This document shows, piece by piece, positions 21,143-31,072 of a stretch of 64,000 nt of DNA. Source of the DNA: an uncultured Verrucomicrobiae bacterium (lineage in GTDB: Bacteria > Verrucomicrobiota > Verrucomicrobiia > Limisphaerales > Palsa-1400); the NCBI GenBank assembly GCA_963764165.1, contig CAVXRD010000005.1, forward strand, positions 1 to 64,000, read 5' to 3'. The notes under the pieces are model-generated. The model was not told where the DNA came from, did not search any database, and saw nothing but the letters and a program-made list of their open reading frames with translations. Position numbers and translations under genes: made by a program. The number at the start of each line of letters is the position of its first letter. Positions within the stretch are counted from its first letter, which is position 1.

Positions 21143-22641
21143 AGTTTTGTTCACGCATCACGGCGGCGGCGTTGTTTTGCCTGGCGATTTTAGCCGGTTG
21201 CACTGTCGGCCCCGATTATCATCCGCCAAAGGAAAATCCTCCGCCCCAATGGGTCTCGCCCCAGGCAGGCGGTGAGACAAATGCCTCTCTCTCGCAACCC
21301 GACGTGACTGTCTGGTATACCGGCCAAACCAACGGCATCGCCTTCGAAACAGCGTGGTGGAAATCATTCCACGATCCGGAACTGAATTGGGTGGTGTTTC
21401 TGGCGGCGAGATCAAATTTGAATTTGCGCGTTGCAACGGCCCGCTTGCGCCAGGCGCGGTCAGCGCAGAAAATTGCCTCAGCCGCTCTTTGGCCGACGCT
21501 CGATACCAGCGGTTCCTACAGCCGGGTGCGTACCAGCGCCAACGGCTATCCCGAGTTTCCCCCGGGAATTATTCCGCTTGAGGCCGATGTTTATCAGGCT
21601 GGATTCGACTCAAGCTGGGAGTTGGACGTCTTCGGCGGAACGCGCCGCGCAGTGGAAGCCGCCAAGGCGGACGTCGCCGCGGCGGAGCTGGGACGGCGGA
21701 ACGTTTTGATTTCCGTGTGCGCTGAAGTGGCGCGGCAATACATGGAAGCCCGCGCCTTTCAGCGCCGCCTCGCCGTGGCCAATGACAACATCAAGGCGCA
21801 ATCGCAAATCCTCGACTTGACACGAGATTTATTTGGAAAAGGGCTGACTGGGCAATTGGACGTCCGGCAATCGGAAGCCCTTCTTGCCACGACCCAAAGC
21901 CAGCCTCCGCTATTGGAGAGCGGATTCAAGCACGCTGTTTACCAGATGGCGCTGCTGCTGGGCCGGCCGCCCGGGGCATTGCTGGATGAAATGGCGCAAG
22001 CCGCACCCATTCCCGCGCCGCCTCCCGTTGTGCCCGTCGGCTTGCCTTCGGAACTGCTGGAACGGCGCCCAGACATTCAGCAGGCCGAGCGCGCCCTCTC
22101 GTCCGCGACCGCCAGAGTCGGCGTGGCGGTGGCGGACTTGTATCCCAAATTTTCGTTGACAGGCGATGTCGGCCTGCAAAGCGTCAGCGCCAGCGATTGG
22201 TTCACGGGCGGCAGCCGGTTCTGGTCAGCCGGCCCGACGGTGCAATGGCGGCTGTTCGAGGCGGGAAAAATACGCGCCAACATCAAATTGCAAAAGGCGC
22301 GGGTGGACGAAAGCCTGGCCAATTACGAACAGACGATGCTGAGCGCGTTTACGGACGTCGAGTCCGCGCTCACGTCATACGCCAAGGAGCAGCTTCACCG
22401 GCAATCGCTGGCGCAAGCCGCGGAGGCCAACGAAAAAGCCGTCGCGCTCGCCACGGATCTTTACAAGAACGGGCTCGCCGATTTTCTGCGCGTGCTGGAA
22501 TCGCAGCGCGCGCTTTACCAAAGCCAGGACGAATTGATTGACAGCGATCGCGCGGTGGCGTCCAACCTGATTGCCCTCTACAAGGCGCTCGGCGGCGGAT
22601 GGGAGGAAAAAAACTTCACCGCGGAAGCCGATCGCAAATAA
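21139..22641 (+). CDS. Efflux outer-membrane factor lipoprotein (NodT family)
   Basis: Lipobox LAGC, WW.SF.DP.L, SWELDVFG, LLERRPDI, LYKALGGGW; ATGA overlap with the upstream gene. Confidence 0.93.
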   Translation: MKFCSRITAAALFCLAILAGCTVGPDYHPPKENPPPQWVSPQAGGETNASLSQPDVTVWYTGQTNGIAFETAWWKSFHDPELNWVVFLAARSNLNLRVATARLRQARSAQKIASAALWPTLDTSGSYSRVRTSANGYPEFPPGIIPLEADVYQAGFDSSWELDVFGGTRRAVEAAKADVAAAELGRRNVLISVCAEVARQYMEARAFQRRLAVANDNIKAQSQILDLTRDLFGKGLTGQLDVRQSEALLATTQSQPPLLESGFKHAVYQMALLLGRPPGALLDEMAQAAPIPAPPPVVPVGLPSELLERRPDIQQAERALSSATARVGVAVADLYPKFSLTGDVGLQSVSASDWFTGGSRFWSAGPTVQWRLFEAGKIRANIKLQKARVDESLANYEQTMLSAFTDVESALTSYAKEQLHRQSLAQAAEANEKAVALATDLYKNGLADFLRVLESQRALYQSQDELIDSDRAVASNLIALYKALGGGWEEKNFTAEADRK

Positions 22642-23917
22642 GATCGACCGTGGCGGCGGTGGCGCCCGCATTTCGCTGCACCACTCGCAAAGCATTCGCG
22701 CCGAGTTCGGCGCGTTTTCGATCGTCTTTGAGCAACGCAACAATCGCCTGTTCCAGCGCCGCCGCATCGGGGACCTGCACGGCGGCGTTCTCGGCCAAAA
22801 ATGCCGCGGAGATGGATTTGAAATTTTGCATGTTCGGCCCGTAAACCATCGCCTTGCCCAAGGCAGCCGGCTCAATCGGATTCTGCCCGCCCTCCGCAGT
22901 GATGCTCTTGCCCACAAACACCAGCGCCGCCTCGCGGTAAAAATATTTCAACTCGCCTGTGCTGTTGACAAGAAGGCAGTCAAGCGCGCTGGGGGGATAC
23001 TCCTTTCCAAGCGCAATTTCGCTGCGAAGCATGAATTTCACATTTCGCGACACCAACTCTTGCGCGACCGCTTTCGCGCGCTCGAAGTGGCGCGGGACGA
23101 GAATCAGAAACAAGCCAGGGCAATGCTGGCGCAAACGCGGGAGCATTTCGGCAAAGATCGCTTCCTCACCGTCATGCGTGCTTCCAGCTATGAGCAGCAT
23201 TGCATTCTTCTTGACACCGATTTGTTGCAGCAATGCGGGGACATCCAATCCTCCGGCAAGATCCGGTTTCGCGGCATCGAATTTCATATTCCCGACGGTC
23301 CTCACCGCTTCCGCGGGAAAGCCCAGGCCGAGCAAGCGTTCGGCGTCGCCGTTCTGGCAGCCGACGGCGCGGAATTTGGAGAAGATGGGGCGGAACAAAA
23401 AATCAAATCGTGAATAGCCTTTGAACGAGCGCTCGGAGACGCGCGCATTGACGAGCATCAGTGGAATGCCGCGGTCCTGCGCCGACCAAAGAAGATTGGG
23501 CCACAACTCCAATTCGACGAGAACGATCGCCTTGGGACGAATCGTGTCCAGCGCGCTCCGGACGCAGCCGGGGAAGTCAGCGGGATAGTAAACGGCGTGG
23601 ATATGCGGCGGCAGGCGGCGGTTCAGCTCGCCCATCCCGGTGGAAGTGGTGGTCGAAACGATGAATTGATGCGCGGGCAGGCGGGATTCCAGCAGGCGCA
23701 GCAACTGCAAGCAAACGCCTACTTCGCCCACGCTGACCGCATGCAGCCAGATCGCCGGCTTTGTGGCCATGGCCGACCTGAATGGCGCATCGTAACGTCC
23801 GAATCGCTGGCCGAAGCCGGCCCGCCAATTGCCGCGCCGCCACATTTTCAGAAAGTACCACGGAGCGCTCAGCCAGAAAAACAGGACGAATAAAATATTA
23901 TAAACGACTCGCATCAA
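22616..23917 (-). CDS. waaA: 3-deoxy-D-manno-octulosonic acid transferase
   Basis: WLHAVSVGE, ELWPNL, GNMKFD, AGSTH.GEE, PRHFER, GGQNPIEPA. Confidence 0.95.
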   Translation of the reverse strand: MMRVVYNILFVLFFWLSAPWYFLKMWRRGNWRAGFGQRFGRYDAPFRSAMATKPAIWLHAVSVGEVGVCLQLLRLLESRLPAHQFIVSTTTSTGMGELNRRLPPHIHAVYYPADFPGCVRSALDTIRPKAIVLVELELWPNLLWSAQDRGIPLMLVNARVSERSFKGYSRFDFLFRPIFSKFRAVGCQNGDAERLLGLGFPAEAVRTVGNMKFDAAKPDLAGGLDVPALLQQIGVKKNAMLLIAGSTHDGEEAIFAEMLPRLRQHCPGLFLILVPRHFERAKAVAQELVSRNVKFMLRSEIALGKEYPPSALDCLLVNSTGELKYFYREAALVFVGKSITAEGGQNPIEPAALGKAMVYGPNMQNFKSISAAFLAENAAVQVPDAAALEQAIVALLKDDRKRAELGANALRVVQRNAGATAATVDLICDRLPR

Positions 23918-25096
23918 CTATCTGAAAAAAATCAGCCACTGCAAGATAAGCAGGGGCAGCAGGATTGGCACAGCCCACTTAAACAAATATCCGAAAAATG
24001 AAGGGGAGGCAAATTTATGGTCGTCCACGATGGCCTTCACCATCAGATTCGGCCCGTTGCCAATATACGTTGCGGCTCCAAACAAAACGGTGCCGACGCT
24101 CAGCGCCAGCCGGATTTTTTCATCTCCGCCGGAGGCGTTGAAAAAAGCCAGATAAGCCGGCGCGCTGTCAAGAAATGCCGAAAGCAATCCGGACGACCAG
24201 TAGACGCCGCCCGGCGTAAGATGGCCGCCGATGTGCTTGAGCCGGTCGACGGCAGGCATGACGGTGGCGAAGATGGCGAAGAAAAGAATCGCCACCTCAA
24301 TCAGAGGCTTGAGCGAAAATCGGCCGGAAACTTCGTGCCGGCGTTTTGCCATGACATACGTAAATTGCGCCGCCGCGATCATAATGAGGTCGCGCTCCCA
24401 TCCCGGAATCGGAATCAGGACTGTCGCGAGAACGATGGCGAGGCCGAATATGCTCCAGCTGGCCGAGAAAGTGGAGAAGGGCGCATGGCTGTCGCTCTCT
24501 GTCCGGCGGTCAATGAGGTAAAAGATGGTGAGCAGAAAACACATGCTCAACAGCCACATCGGCCAGGCATGTTTCATCACCCAGAAAAACGGAACTCCTT
24601 CCAAAAATCCCATCAGCAGCGGCGGATCGCCCAGCGGCGTCAAACCTCCGCCAACATTGGAGATGATGAAGATGAAGAAGACAACGTGATGGGCGGCCAT
24701 CCGCGATCTGTTGACTTCCAGCCACGGCCGAATCAGCACGATCGAGGCGCCCGTCGTGCCGAGAAGATTGGCGGCCAGCCCGCCGAATGCCAGAAACGTT
24801 GTGTTCCAAAGCGCCGAGCGCGACCGCTCGGCCCGCCACTGGATTCCGCCGGAAATCACATAGAGCGACCCGATCAGCGAGATGAACCCCGCGTAATCTT
24901 CCCCCATGTGATTGACAGTCTCCACCGCCTCGTTGGGGAGAACGAAAAGGTAGTAGCCGAGAGTGATGAAAGCCAGACTCAGCGCGACTTTCGCGTAGTG
25001 CCTTTTCCACCACCTCGGCCAGTGCAAAGGAATCACTGCCATGCAGGCCAGCAAAAGCCCAAATGGCAGCGTCATCCATAGGTTGGGGGATACCAC
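23918..25096 (-). CDS. Putative Na+/H+ antiporter (ion transporter superfamily)
   Basis: GTTGAS..LIRP, SNVGGGLTPLGDPPL..GF, TYIGNGPN.MV; many TM helices. Confidence 0.8.
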   Translation of the reverse strand: MVSPNLWMTLPFGLLLACMAVIPLHWPRWWKRHYAKVALSLAFITLGYYLFVLPNEAVETVNHMGEDYAGFISLIGSLYVISGGIQWRAERSRSALWNTTFLAFGGLAANLLGTTGASIVLIRPWLEVNRSRMAAHHVVFFIFIISNVGGGLTPLGDPPLLMGFLEGVPFFWVMKHAWPMWLLSMCFLLTIFYLIDRRTESDSHAPFSTFSASWSIFGLAIVLATVLIPIPGWERDLIMIAAAQFTYVMAKRRHEVSGRFSLKPLIEVAILFFAIFATVMPAVDRLKHIGGHLTPGGVYWSSGLLSAFLDSAPAYLAFFNASGGDEKIRLALSVGTVLFGAATYIGNGPNLMVKAIVDDHKFASPSFFGYLFKWAVPILLPLLILQWLIFFR

Positions 25097-25105
25097 TAAC
25101 CTCTA

Positions 25106-25471
25106 TTATTCCGTAATTGCCTGCTCTAGCAATCCTTGTGTGCGCTCGCGAATCTCTTTTTGCCTCTCTTGCTGGAGCCGTGCGCTTTGCGCCTTCTCCT
25201 CCAGCAACGTCGGAAAAAATAGCAGAGGGAACGGCGTAAACCAAGCCGCGCCTGCCGCTTCGTTGGCAGCGCGGTGCAAGGCGGCGTTCAAATCCGACTC
25301 CACCGTTGAGGCGAGCATCGGGTTCAGCAGCCGTGACTTCAATTGTTCCAAATCATTTTCCGCCGGCCCGCGAACGGGCACGGGCGCGAGCGCACTGCCC
25401 TCCAAACGAGGGCGGCTTAACCTGAACCTGACTTTATTTCTGTTTCTTGCTTTCGTCATATTGCCTTTCAA
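25106..25471 (-). CDS. Hypothetical protein
   Basis: 121-aa ORF with RAANEAA..AW.TPFPLLFFP.L.EEK; co-oriented upstream of the antiporter and waaA. Confidence 0.7.
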   Translation of the reverse strand: MKGNMTKARNRNKVRFRLSRPRLEGSALAPVPVRGPAENDLEQLKSRLLNPMLASTVESDLNAALHRAANEAAGAAWFTPFPLLFFPTLLEEKAQSARLQQERQKEIRERTQGLLEQAITE

Positions 25472-25504
25472 ATTCTTATTAATTCCCGCGACACCGAAGG
25501 CCGG

Positions 25505-25542
25505 AAATCAAAAACCCACGATTGACGAGCAATCGTGGGTTT
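25505..25542 (-). terminator. Intrinsic terminator in the 5' leader of the 121-aa gene
   Basis: 13-bp perfect stem AAACCCACGATTG/CAATCGTGGGTTT, 5-nt loop, U-rich tail on the minus strand. Confidence 0.8.
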
Positions 25543-25564
25543 CGAAATTATAATGTTCGCTTTT

Positions 25565-25663
25565 CTAAAAAACCGAACCCACGCTGCCCTTTGGCCGGGC
25601 GAGATGCCCCATGCAGCGAGCCACGCAATGGCCGCTAACATATTGATTTGACTGAATTTTCAT
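25565..25663 (-). CDS. Putative 32-aa leader peptide MKIQSNQYVSGHCVARCMGHLARPKGSVGSVF
   Basis: Lies between a TTGACA promoter (25711-25716) and the terminator; overlaps a segment (25574-25583) complementary to the terminator 5' arm. Confidence 0.5.
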   Translation of the reverse strand: MKIQSNQYVSGHCVARCMGHLARPKGSVGSVF

Positions 25664-25733
25664 CTGGTTATTCATTCAACTGCGCTCACTAGACCAGATG
25701 CCGGGGGTTTTGTCAAGACTCGGCCAGGAAAGT

Positions 25734-25760
25734 CAGGGACACCTCGGCGAGGCGTCCCTG
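25734..25760. repeat. Single REP-like palindrome (family A variant)
   Basis: CAGGGACACCTCGGCGAGGCGTCCCTG. Confidence 0.7.
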
Positions 25761-25840
25761 CCACCACGGGCGACGGTTGACGATGGGGGCCGTGTTCGTT
25801 AGCTTGACCCGATATCGCAGCGGTTGACTGGAATTCTCAA

Positions 25841-27406
25841 ATGAACGAACACGACATTTCCGACGATCAAATGGTATGCCATATCGGCGGGCAGCGGCGC
25901 CCGACGGAGCCGTGCAGCATTGTCATTTTTGGCGCCAGCGGCGATTTGACGGCGCGCAAATTGGTGCCGGCCTTTTACCATCTTTGCAAGGACAACCAGA
26001 TGCCGGATGATTTCCGCATCATTGGTTTTGCCCGCCGTGAAAAATCAGACGAAGCCTGGCGCGAGGAGCTTCTCGAGGCCCTCAAGCAGTTTTCGCGCAG
26101 CAAATCCGTCGACCCGGAAGTGTGGGAGCGCTTTGCCGCCAAGCTGCATTATTGCGTTGGCGACCTGACCGATCCGGTCGCCTACCAAAAGCTCGAAAAG
26201 CAATTGAACTCCTTTGGCTCCGCTCCATTGCGGAATAATTTGCTGTTCTACCTGGCCACGCAGCCGAGCCAGTTCGGGGAGGCCGTTGAGCAGTTGCATA
26301 ACGCGAAATTGCTGGCGCAAGGCAATTCCAACGGCGGCTGGCAGCGCATCGTGGTGGAGAAACCGTTCGGTCATGATTTGCCTTCGGCGCGGGTGTTGAA
26401 CGATGAGCTGACCCGCTACGCGAACGAGCAGCAGGTTTGCCGCATCGACCATTATCTCGGCAAGGAAACGGTGCAGAACATTTTGATGTTCCGCTTTTCC
26501 AATTCCATTTTCGAGCAGCTTTGGAATCGCAATTCCATCGACCACGTCCAGATCACCGTCAGCGAAAAGCTCGGCGTGGGCGCGCGCGGCGGGTATTACG
26601 AGGAGGCCGGAGCGCTGCGCGACATGGTGCAAAACCACATGCTGCAAGTGCTCGCGCTGACGGCCATGGAACCGCCTGTTTCGCTCGAATCCGAAGCGAT
26701 CCGCGACGAAAAAGTGAAGCTGCTCAAATCGATCCGCCCCTTGTCCAGGCAGGATTTGTGCAAGAACGTGGTGCGGGGTCAATATTTTGCGGGAACGGTG
26801 GGCGGGAAATCGGTGCCGGGCTACCGCCAGGAGCCGAAGGTGCAGCCGGATTCAAACGTCGAGACCTACGTGGCGCTGAAATTGTTTATTGACAACTGGC
26901 GCTGGTCGGGTGTGCCGTTTTATCTGCGCACCGGCAAGTATCTGCCGCAAAGCGCCAGCGAGGCCCGCATCCAGTTCAAGCCGACGCCGAATGTCCTTTT
27001 CGCCGCCCAATGCGGCCCAAGCCTCGATTCCAACGCGCTCGCGCTGCGCCTTCAGCCCAACGAGGGCATTTACCTCCGGTTCAACGGAAAGGTGCCCGGC
27101 ATGAATTTGAGCGTGCGCCCGGTGCGCATGAATTTCAGCTACAACACGGAGTACGGCGCCTACACGCCCGAAGCCTACGAACGGCTTTTGCTGGACGCAT
27201 TGGTCGGCGACGCGACCCTGTTCATCCGCCGCGACGAGGTGGAGGCGGCATGGAATATTGTTGACTCAATTCGCGCTGATTGGACTGGCAAGCCACTGCA
27301 CAACCGCGAATTTTACTCCGCTGGGACATGGGGGCCGGAAGCCTCCGACGAAATGCTGGCCGCCAGCGGCCATGCCTGGCACGAGCCGCGAACTGAGTTT
27401 GATTAG
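25841..27406 (+). CDS. zwf: Glucose-6-phosphate 1-dehydrogenase
   Basis: IFGASGDL..RKL, EKPFG.D, RIDHYLGKE, RW.GVPFYLRTGK. Confidence 0.98.
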   Translation: MNEHDISDDQMVCHIGGQRRPTEPCSIVIFGASGDLTARKLVPAFYHLCKDNQMPDDFRIIGFARREKSDEAWREELLEALKQFSRSKSVDPEVWERFAAKLHYCVGDLTDPVAYQKLEKQLNSFGSAPLRNNLLFYLATQPSQFGEAVEQLHNAKLLAQGNSNGGWQRIVVEKPFGHDLPSARVLNDELTRYANEQQVCRIDHYLGKETVQNILMFRFSNSIFEQLWNRNSIDHVQITVSEKLGVGARGGYYEEAGALRDMVQNHMLQVLALTAMEPPVSLESEAIRDEKVKLLKSIRPLSRQDLCKNVVRGQYFAGTVGGKSVPGYRQEPKVQPDSNVETYVALKLFIDNWRWSGVPFYLRTGKYLPQSASEARIQFKPTPNVLFAAQCGPSLDSNALALRLQPNEGIYLRFNGKVPGMNLSVRPVRMNFSYNTEYGAYTPEAYERLLLDALVGDATLFIRRDEVEAAWNIVDSIRADWTGKPLHNREFYSAGTWGPEASDEMLAASGHAWHEPRTEFD

Positions 27407-27419
27407 AGGCGGCATCTTT

Positions 27420-27540
27420 CCCTCTGCCCCGCTTGCGGGGAGAGAGCCGGAGAGAGGGGCATCCTAGAAAATCTCCAAGAAGCCATTCGTTTGCTAAGCG
27501 CCCCTCTCCCTAACCGTCTCCCCGCAGGCGGGGTGAGGGA
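27420..27540. repeat. Inverted pair of CCCTCTCCCC...GGGGAGAGGG-type palindromic repeats
   Basis: Two degenerate inverted copies between the convergent zwf and HNH genes. Confidence 0.7.
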
Positions 27541-27554
27541 ATAAGAGAAATGCG

Positions 27555-28175
27555 CTATGACGCGACGTCTTCGCCGAGCTCGACGTTCCAATAGGCGAGA
27601 TCTAGGAAATGCCGCCAGCTATCGTGGTGGACGCCCAGGTTGACCTGCACAAAAGGACGCCATTTCGGGCGTTTGGGTTTGCGCACAAGATGCAAGCCCG
27701 CTTCCTGCGGGGTGTGGTTGGCCTTCTGGGTGTTGCAGCGAATGCACGAGCACACGATGTTTTCCCAAGTCGTCGGGCCGCCGCGATCGCGGGGAATGAC
27801 GTGGTCGAGATTGAGGTCTTTGCGCTCGAACACTTTCCCGCAATATTGGCACGTGTTCCGGTCGCGCTCGAAAATATTATGCCGGGTGAATTTGACTTCC
27901 TTCTTCGGCAGGCGGTCGAACATCACCAGCAGAATCACGCGTGGGACGCGGATTTTGAAGGACACGGTGGAAATCGTCTCGGGATGCTGCTCTTGCAGGG
28001 AAAACTCCCGCCATTGATTGAAGCTGTAAGTTTGAAACTCGCCAGTTCCGTCATTGAGGACAACCTGTGCGTGCCCTTCGAAGAGAAGAGTCAGCGCGCG
28101 CCTGGCGGTGCATACGTTCACAGCCTGCCACAAGCGATTGAGCACCAGCACATGTTGATTGAGGAAACTGCTCAT
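27555..28175 (-). CDS. HNH endonuclease
   Basis: VLVLN, IF.RD..TCQYCG, LDHVIPR.RGG.TTWENIV.SC..CN..K; TTGACA-18-TATCCT promoter at 28193-28222. Confidence 0.92.
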   Translation of the reverse strand: MSSFLNQHVLVLNRLWQAVNVCTARRALTLLFEGHAQVVLNDGTGEFQTYSFNQWREFSLQEQHPETISTVSFKIRVPRVILLVMFDRLPKKEVKFTRHNIFERDRNTCQYCGKVFERKDLNLDHVIPRDRGGPTTWENIVCSCIRCNTQKANHTPQEAGLHLVRKPKRPKWRPFVQVNLGVHHDSWRHFLDLAYWNVELGEDVAS

Positions 28176-28356
28176 ACACTCATTGGGACCGAAGGATAAC
28201 ATGCGCGCGGAGAAAATGTCAACGCGCCAGAGGGAAAAACCGCGGAAGACACAGGAAAGTTACATTTCCACGATTTCGTGTGGCAGTCGCCACGCTGCAA
28301 TTCTCTTGGCAGAGCGATGCTTTTCCGGCACTAGCACAAGGCAGTTTGGATTCATT

Positions 28357-29673
28357 ATGAAACTGAGACCGATTTTCAAGGGTTCGCTGGCGTTCCTCTC
28401 GATTTGTCTTCTCGCCAGCATCGCTCGCGCGGAATCCGACTTCGACCACAACTGGCCGCAGTGGCGAGGGCCGCTGGCGACCGGGGTCGCGCCGTTCGCG
28501 AATCCTCCTGTGACGTGGTCGGAATTGGACAATGTCCGCTGGAAAGTCACGATTCCAGGCGAAGGCGATTCCACGCCGATCATTTGGGGCGACAAGATTT
28601 TCATGCTGTCCGCCCAAGGCACAAAGAAGAAACCAGTGTCGCCCGCAGGCGCCGATGCGCCCGATGAAATTTACCAATGGCTGGTGACGTGCCTTGATCG
28701 CGCCAATGGCAAGCTCGTCTGGCAGAAAACCGCGCGGGAGGAGGCGCCGCATGAAGGCCGACAGGAGAACAACACCTTCGCCTCCGAATCGCCAGTGACC
28801 GACGGCAAGGTGCTGCTCACTTACTTCGGTTCGCGCGGGCTGCATTGCTACGACTTGGCGGGCAATTTGAAATGGGAGCAGGATTTCGGCAAAATGAAAA
28901 CCCGGATGGGTTTCGGCGAAGGCGCGTCTCCTGCGCTGAGCGGCGACATTGTGGTCGTTAATTGGGATTCGGAAGGCGAGGATTTCATCACCGCGCTCAA
29001 CAAGAACACCGGCCAGAAACTTTGGCGGACGCCGCGCGATGAACCCACCGGCTGGTCAACGCCCTTGATCGTTGATTTCAACGGCCAGAAGCAGGTGATC
29101 GTCAACGCCACCAAGAAAGTTCGCAGCTATGATCTGGCGACCGGCAGGGAGATTTGGGCCTGCACCGGCCAGACTGCGAATGCCATTCCAAGCCCTGTTT
29201 ACTCTGATGGTATGGTTTATTTGACAAGCGGTTTTCGCGGCAGCGCGCTGCAAGCGATCAAGCTCGGCCGCACCGGCGAATTGACCGGAACGGACTCGAT
29301 TGTCTGGCATCACGACCGGGGAACTCCATACGTGCCATCGCCATTATTGACAGACAACCTTCTCTACGTCTTGCAAGGCAACGACGCGATTCTCTCCTGC
29401 TTTAACGCCAAGACCGGCGAACAATATCTGGATCGCGAGAGATTGACAGACATTCACGAGGTTTACGCTTCGCCGGTGTCGGCGCAGGATCGCGTTTATG
29501 TATTGGGCCGCGATGGCAAGTGCGTCGTTTTGAAGAAAGGGCCGAAACTTGAAGTCCTCGCTGTCAACAAACTTGACGGCGGCAACGGCCACACGGATGC
29601 TTCGATGGCGTTGGTGGATAATGAAGCATTCATCCGCACGCCGAAGTTTCTTTATTGCATCGCGCAGAAGTAA
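28357..29673 (+). CDS. Exported PQQ-binding-like beta-propeller repeat protein
   Basis: Signal peptide, NWPQWRGP, repeated G...W motifs, YVPSP, YASPV. Confidence 0.9.
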   Translation: MKLRPIFKGSLAFLSICLLASIARAESDFDHNWPQWRGPLATGVAPFANPPVTWSELDNVRWKVTIPGEGDSTPIIWGDKIFMLSAQGTKKKPVSPAGADAPDEIYQWLVTCLDRANGKLVWQKTAREEAPHEGRQENNTFASESPVTDGKVLLTYFGSRGLHCYDLAGNLKWEQDFGKMKTRMGFGEGASPALSGDIVVVNWDSEGEDFITALNKNTGQKLWRTPRDEPTGWSTPLIVDFNGQKQVIVNATKKVRSYDLATGREIWACTGQTANAIPSPVYSDGMVYLTSGFRGSALQAIKLGRTGELTGTDSIVWHHDRGTPYVPSPLLTDNLLYVLQGNDAILSCFNAKTGEQYLDRERLTDIHEVYASPVSAQDRVYVLGRDGKCVVLKKGPKLEVLAVNKLDGGNGHTDASMALVDNEAFIRTPKFLYCIAQK

Positions 29674-29719
29674 AGATGCCGGAGGCATCGCAGCCAATAG
29701 CCGGTGGTTGAGCGAAGCG

Positions 29720-31019
29720 CATGCGTGTCCAGTTATAAGTGAAACAAAGGCAATGTGTTACGACTTTCCGAATCGTTTTCGGAAATGGCGTTTGTTGCAA
29801 GCAGCTCACCCAGAGGGGTTTGCTCAAACGCGCTGACGCTGAAAATTTGCAGGATTTCATACAGACTTTTCTCCAATTTCCAATGCTTTTTGGCGATGGC
29901 CACCAAGAGGTAAGTGCAAATGGCGCACCATATCTGGCATTGAATGGCGTTGCGGGAATGGCCGATGAAGCGGCGGATCCGCAGGTGCTGCTTGATCCAT
30001 TTGAAGAACAGCTCCACCCTCCATCGCTTTTTGTATAATTCACAAATGGTCAGAGGAGGCAGTTCGAAATCATTGGTCAGAAACACCAGCGTGCGCTCTT
30101 CCAGCGCGTCCCGAAAAACCACTCGCCTGAGCGGAACCGGATACCGGCCTTTGGAGTCTTCGCCAGTCAAGCGAATGGTTTGATCGCACCGCAAACCGCC
30201 ATCCTTGTCAACGACGCGAGATGCCTTCACCCTGAATTTGATCTGCCGCTTGTTGCGCACGACGAATTTGGCCCCGGCGGTTTCCACATTCATCAGCCTG
30301 GCGAAATCCAAATAGGCCCGGTCCATCACATGGAAGGCGCCGCGCTCCAAGGGAATCTGGTCGAGCATTTTCACGTCGGGAACAGAGGCTTCCGTGAGCG
30401 CCGCCCACACCGGCAGGTCCCCCCGGAAGGACAGCATCGTGTGGAGCTTCATCGCGCCGGCGCGGGACCGTCCCCAATAGGCCCAAGGAAAGATTTTGAT
30501 GCTCAGATGAATGATGGAGCTGTCCAAAGCCAGCGCGACGGCGGGAAAATCCGGGTCTGCGTTTTCAGGCTGGTAAAGCGCGCGGGCGCGCCGCATCAGC
30601 ACTTCGGCCACTCCGGCAAAGACCCGCCAATCCCGGTTTTCGTTGGAGTAAGCCAGATTGGTCCGTGTGATCCTTCCCCGAAAGCCCAAATGATACTGCA
30701 TGCGTGGACGGGCCTGCAGGCAGGCAACAATGTCGCGCAGACTCTCACGGTAAGTCAATTGTCCGAAACACAGAGCCAGGAAATGGTCGTAGGCGCTGAA
30801 CGAGCGCGAGGAGCGCTTCATGGGAAAGGCCTCAGCGCAACGCCGAAATTCGGACGGATAAAGGAGATCGGTTAATTGGGAAAACACGTTTTGGTGGGAA
30901 GGCATTTGCCCAGCAAACCCGCTTCCAAACTGGATATCGAGAACAAACCCCAAATTCCCCAACCCTGCGATAATCAACGACTTTGGGCGCGTTGGCAACG
31001 CCTTAACTGGACACGAGTG
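29720..31019 (-). mobile_element. IS4-family insertion sequence (~1.3 kb)
   Basis: 16-bp terminal IRs CATGCGTGTCCAGTTA / TAACTGGACACGAGTG around one transposase gene; flanked by half-REPs; no TSD seen. Confidence 0.88.
29733..30905 (-). CDS. IS4-family DDE transposase (DUF4372-type N-terminus)
   Basis: FGQLTYRESLRDI, LDSS, KLH, MDRAY.D, Y..RW.VELFFKWIKQHL (YREK signature). Confidence 0.93.
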   Translation of the reverse strand: MPSHQNVFSQLTDLLYPSEFRRCAEAFPMKRSSRSFSAYDHFLALCFGQLTYRESLRDIVACLQARPRMQYHLGFRGRITRTNLAYSNENRDWRVFAGVAEVLMRRARALYQPENADPDFPAVALALDSSIIHLSIKIFPWAYWGRSRAGAMKLHTMLSFRGDLPVWAALTEASVPDVKMLDQIPLERGAFHVMDRAYLDFARLMNVETAGAKFVVRNKRQIKFRVKASRVVDKDGGLRCDQTIRLTGEDSKGRYPVPLRRVVFRDALEERTLVFLTNDFELPPLTICELYKKRWRVELFFKWIKQHLRIRRFIGHSRNAIQCQIWCAICTYLLVAIAKKHWKLEKSLYEILQIFSVSAFEQTPLGELLATNAISENDSESRNTLPLFHL

Positions 31020-31072
31020 CGCTCCGCTCAACCACCGGCTACTAGCTTGCATCCCGGCCGGGATGCTTATTG

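Noticed and set aside
27555..28175. HNH nuclease as a defence or mobile gene
   Set aside because: Host-like composition, core-gene context and a common stand-alone HNH type; no partner genes
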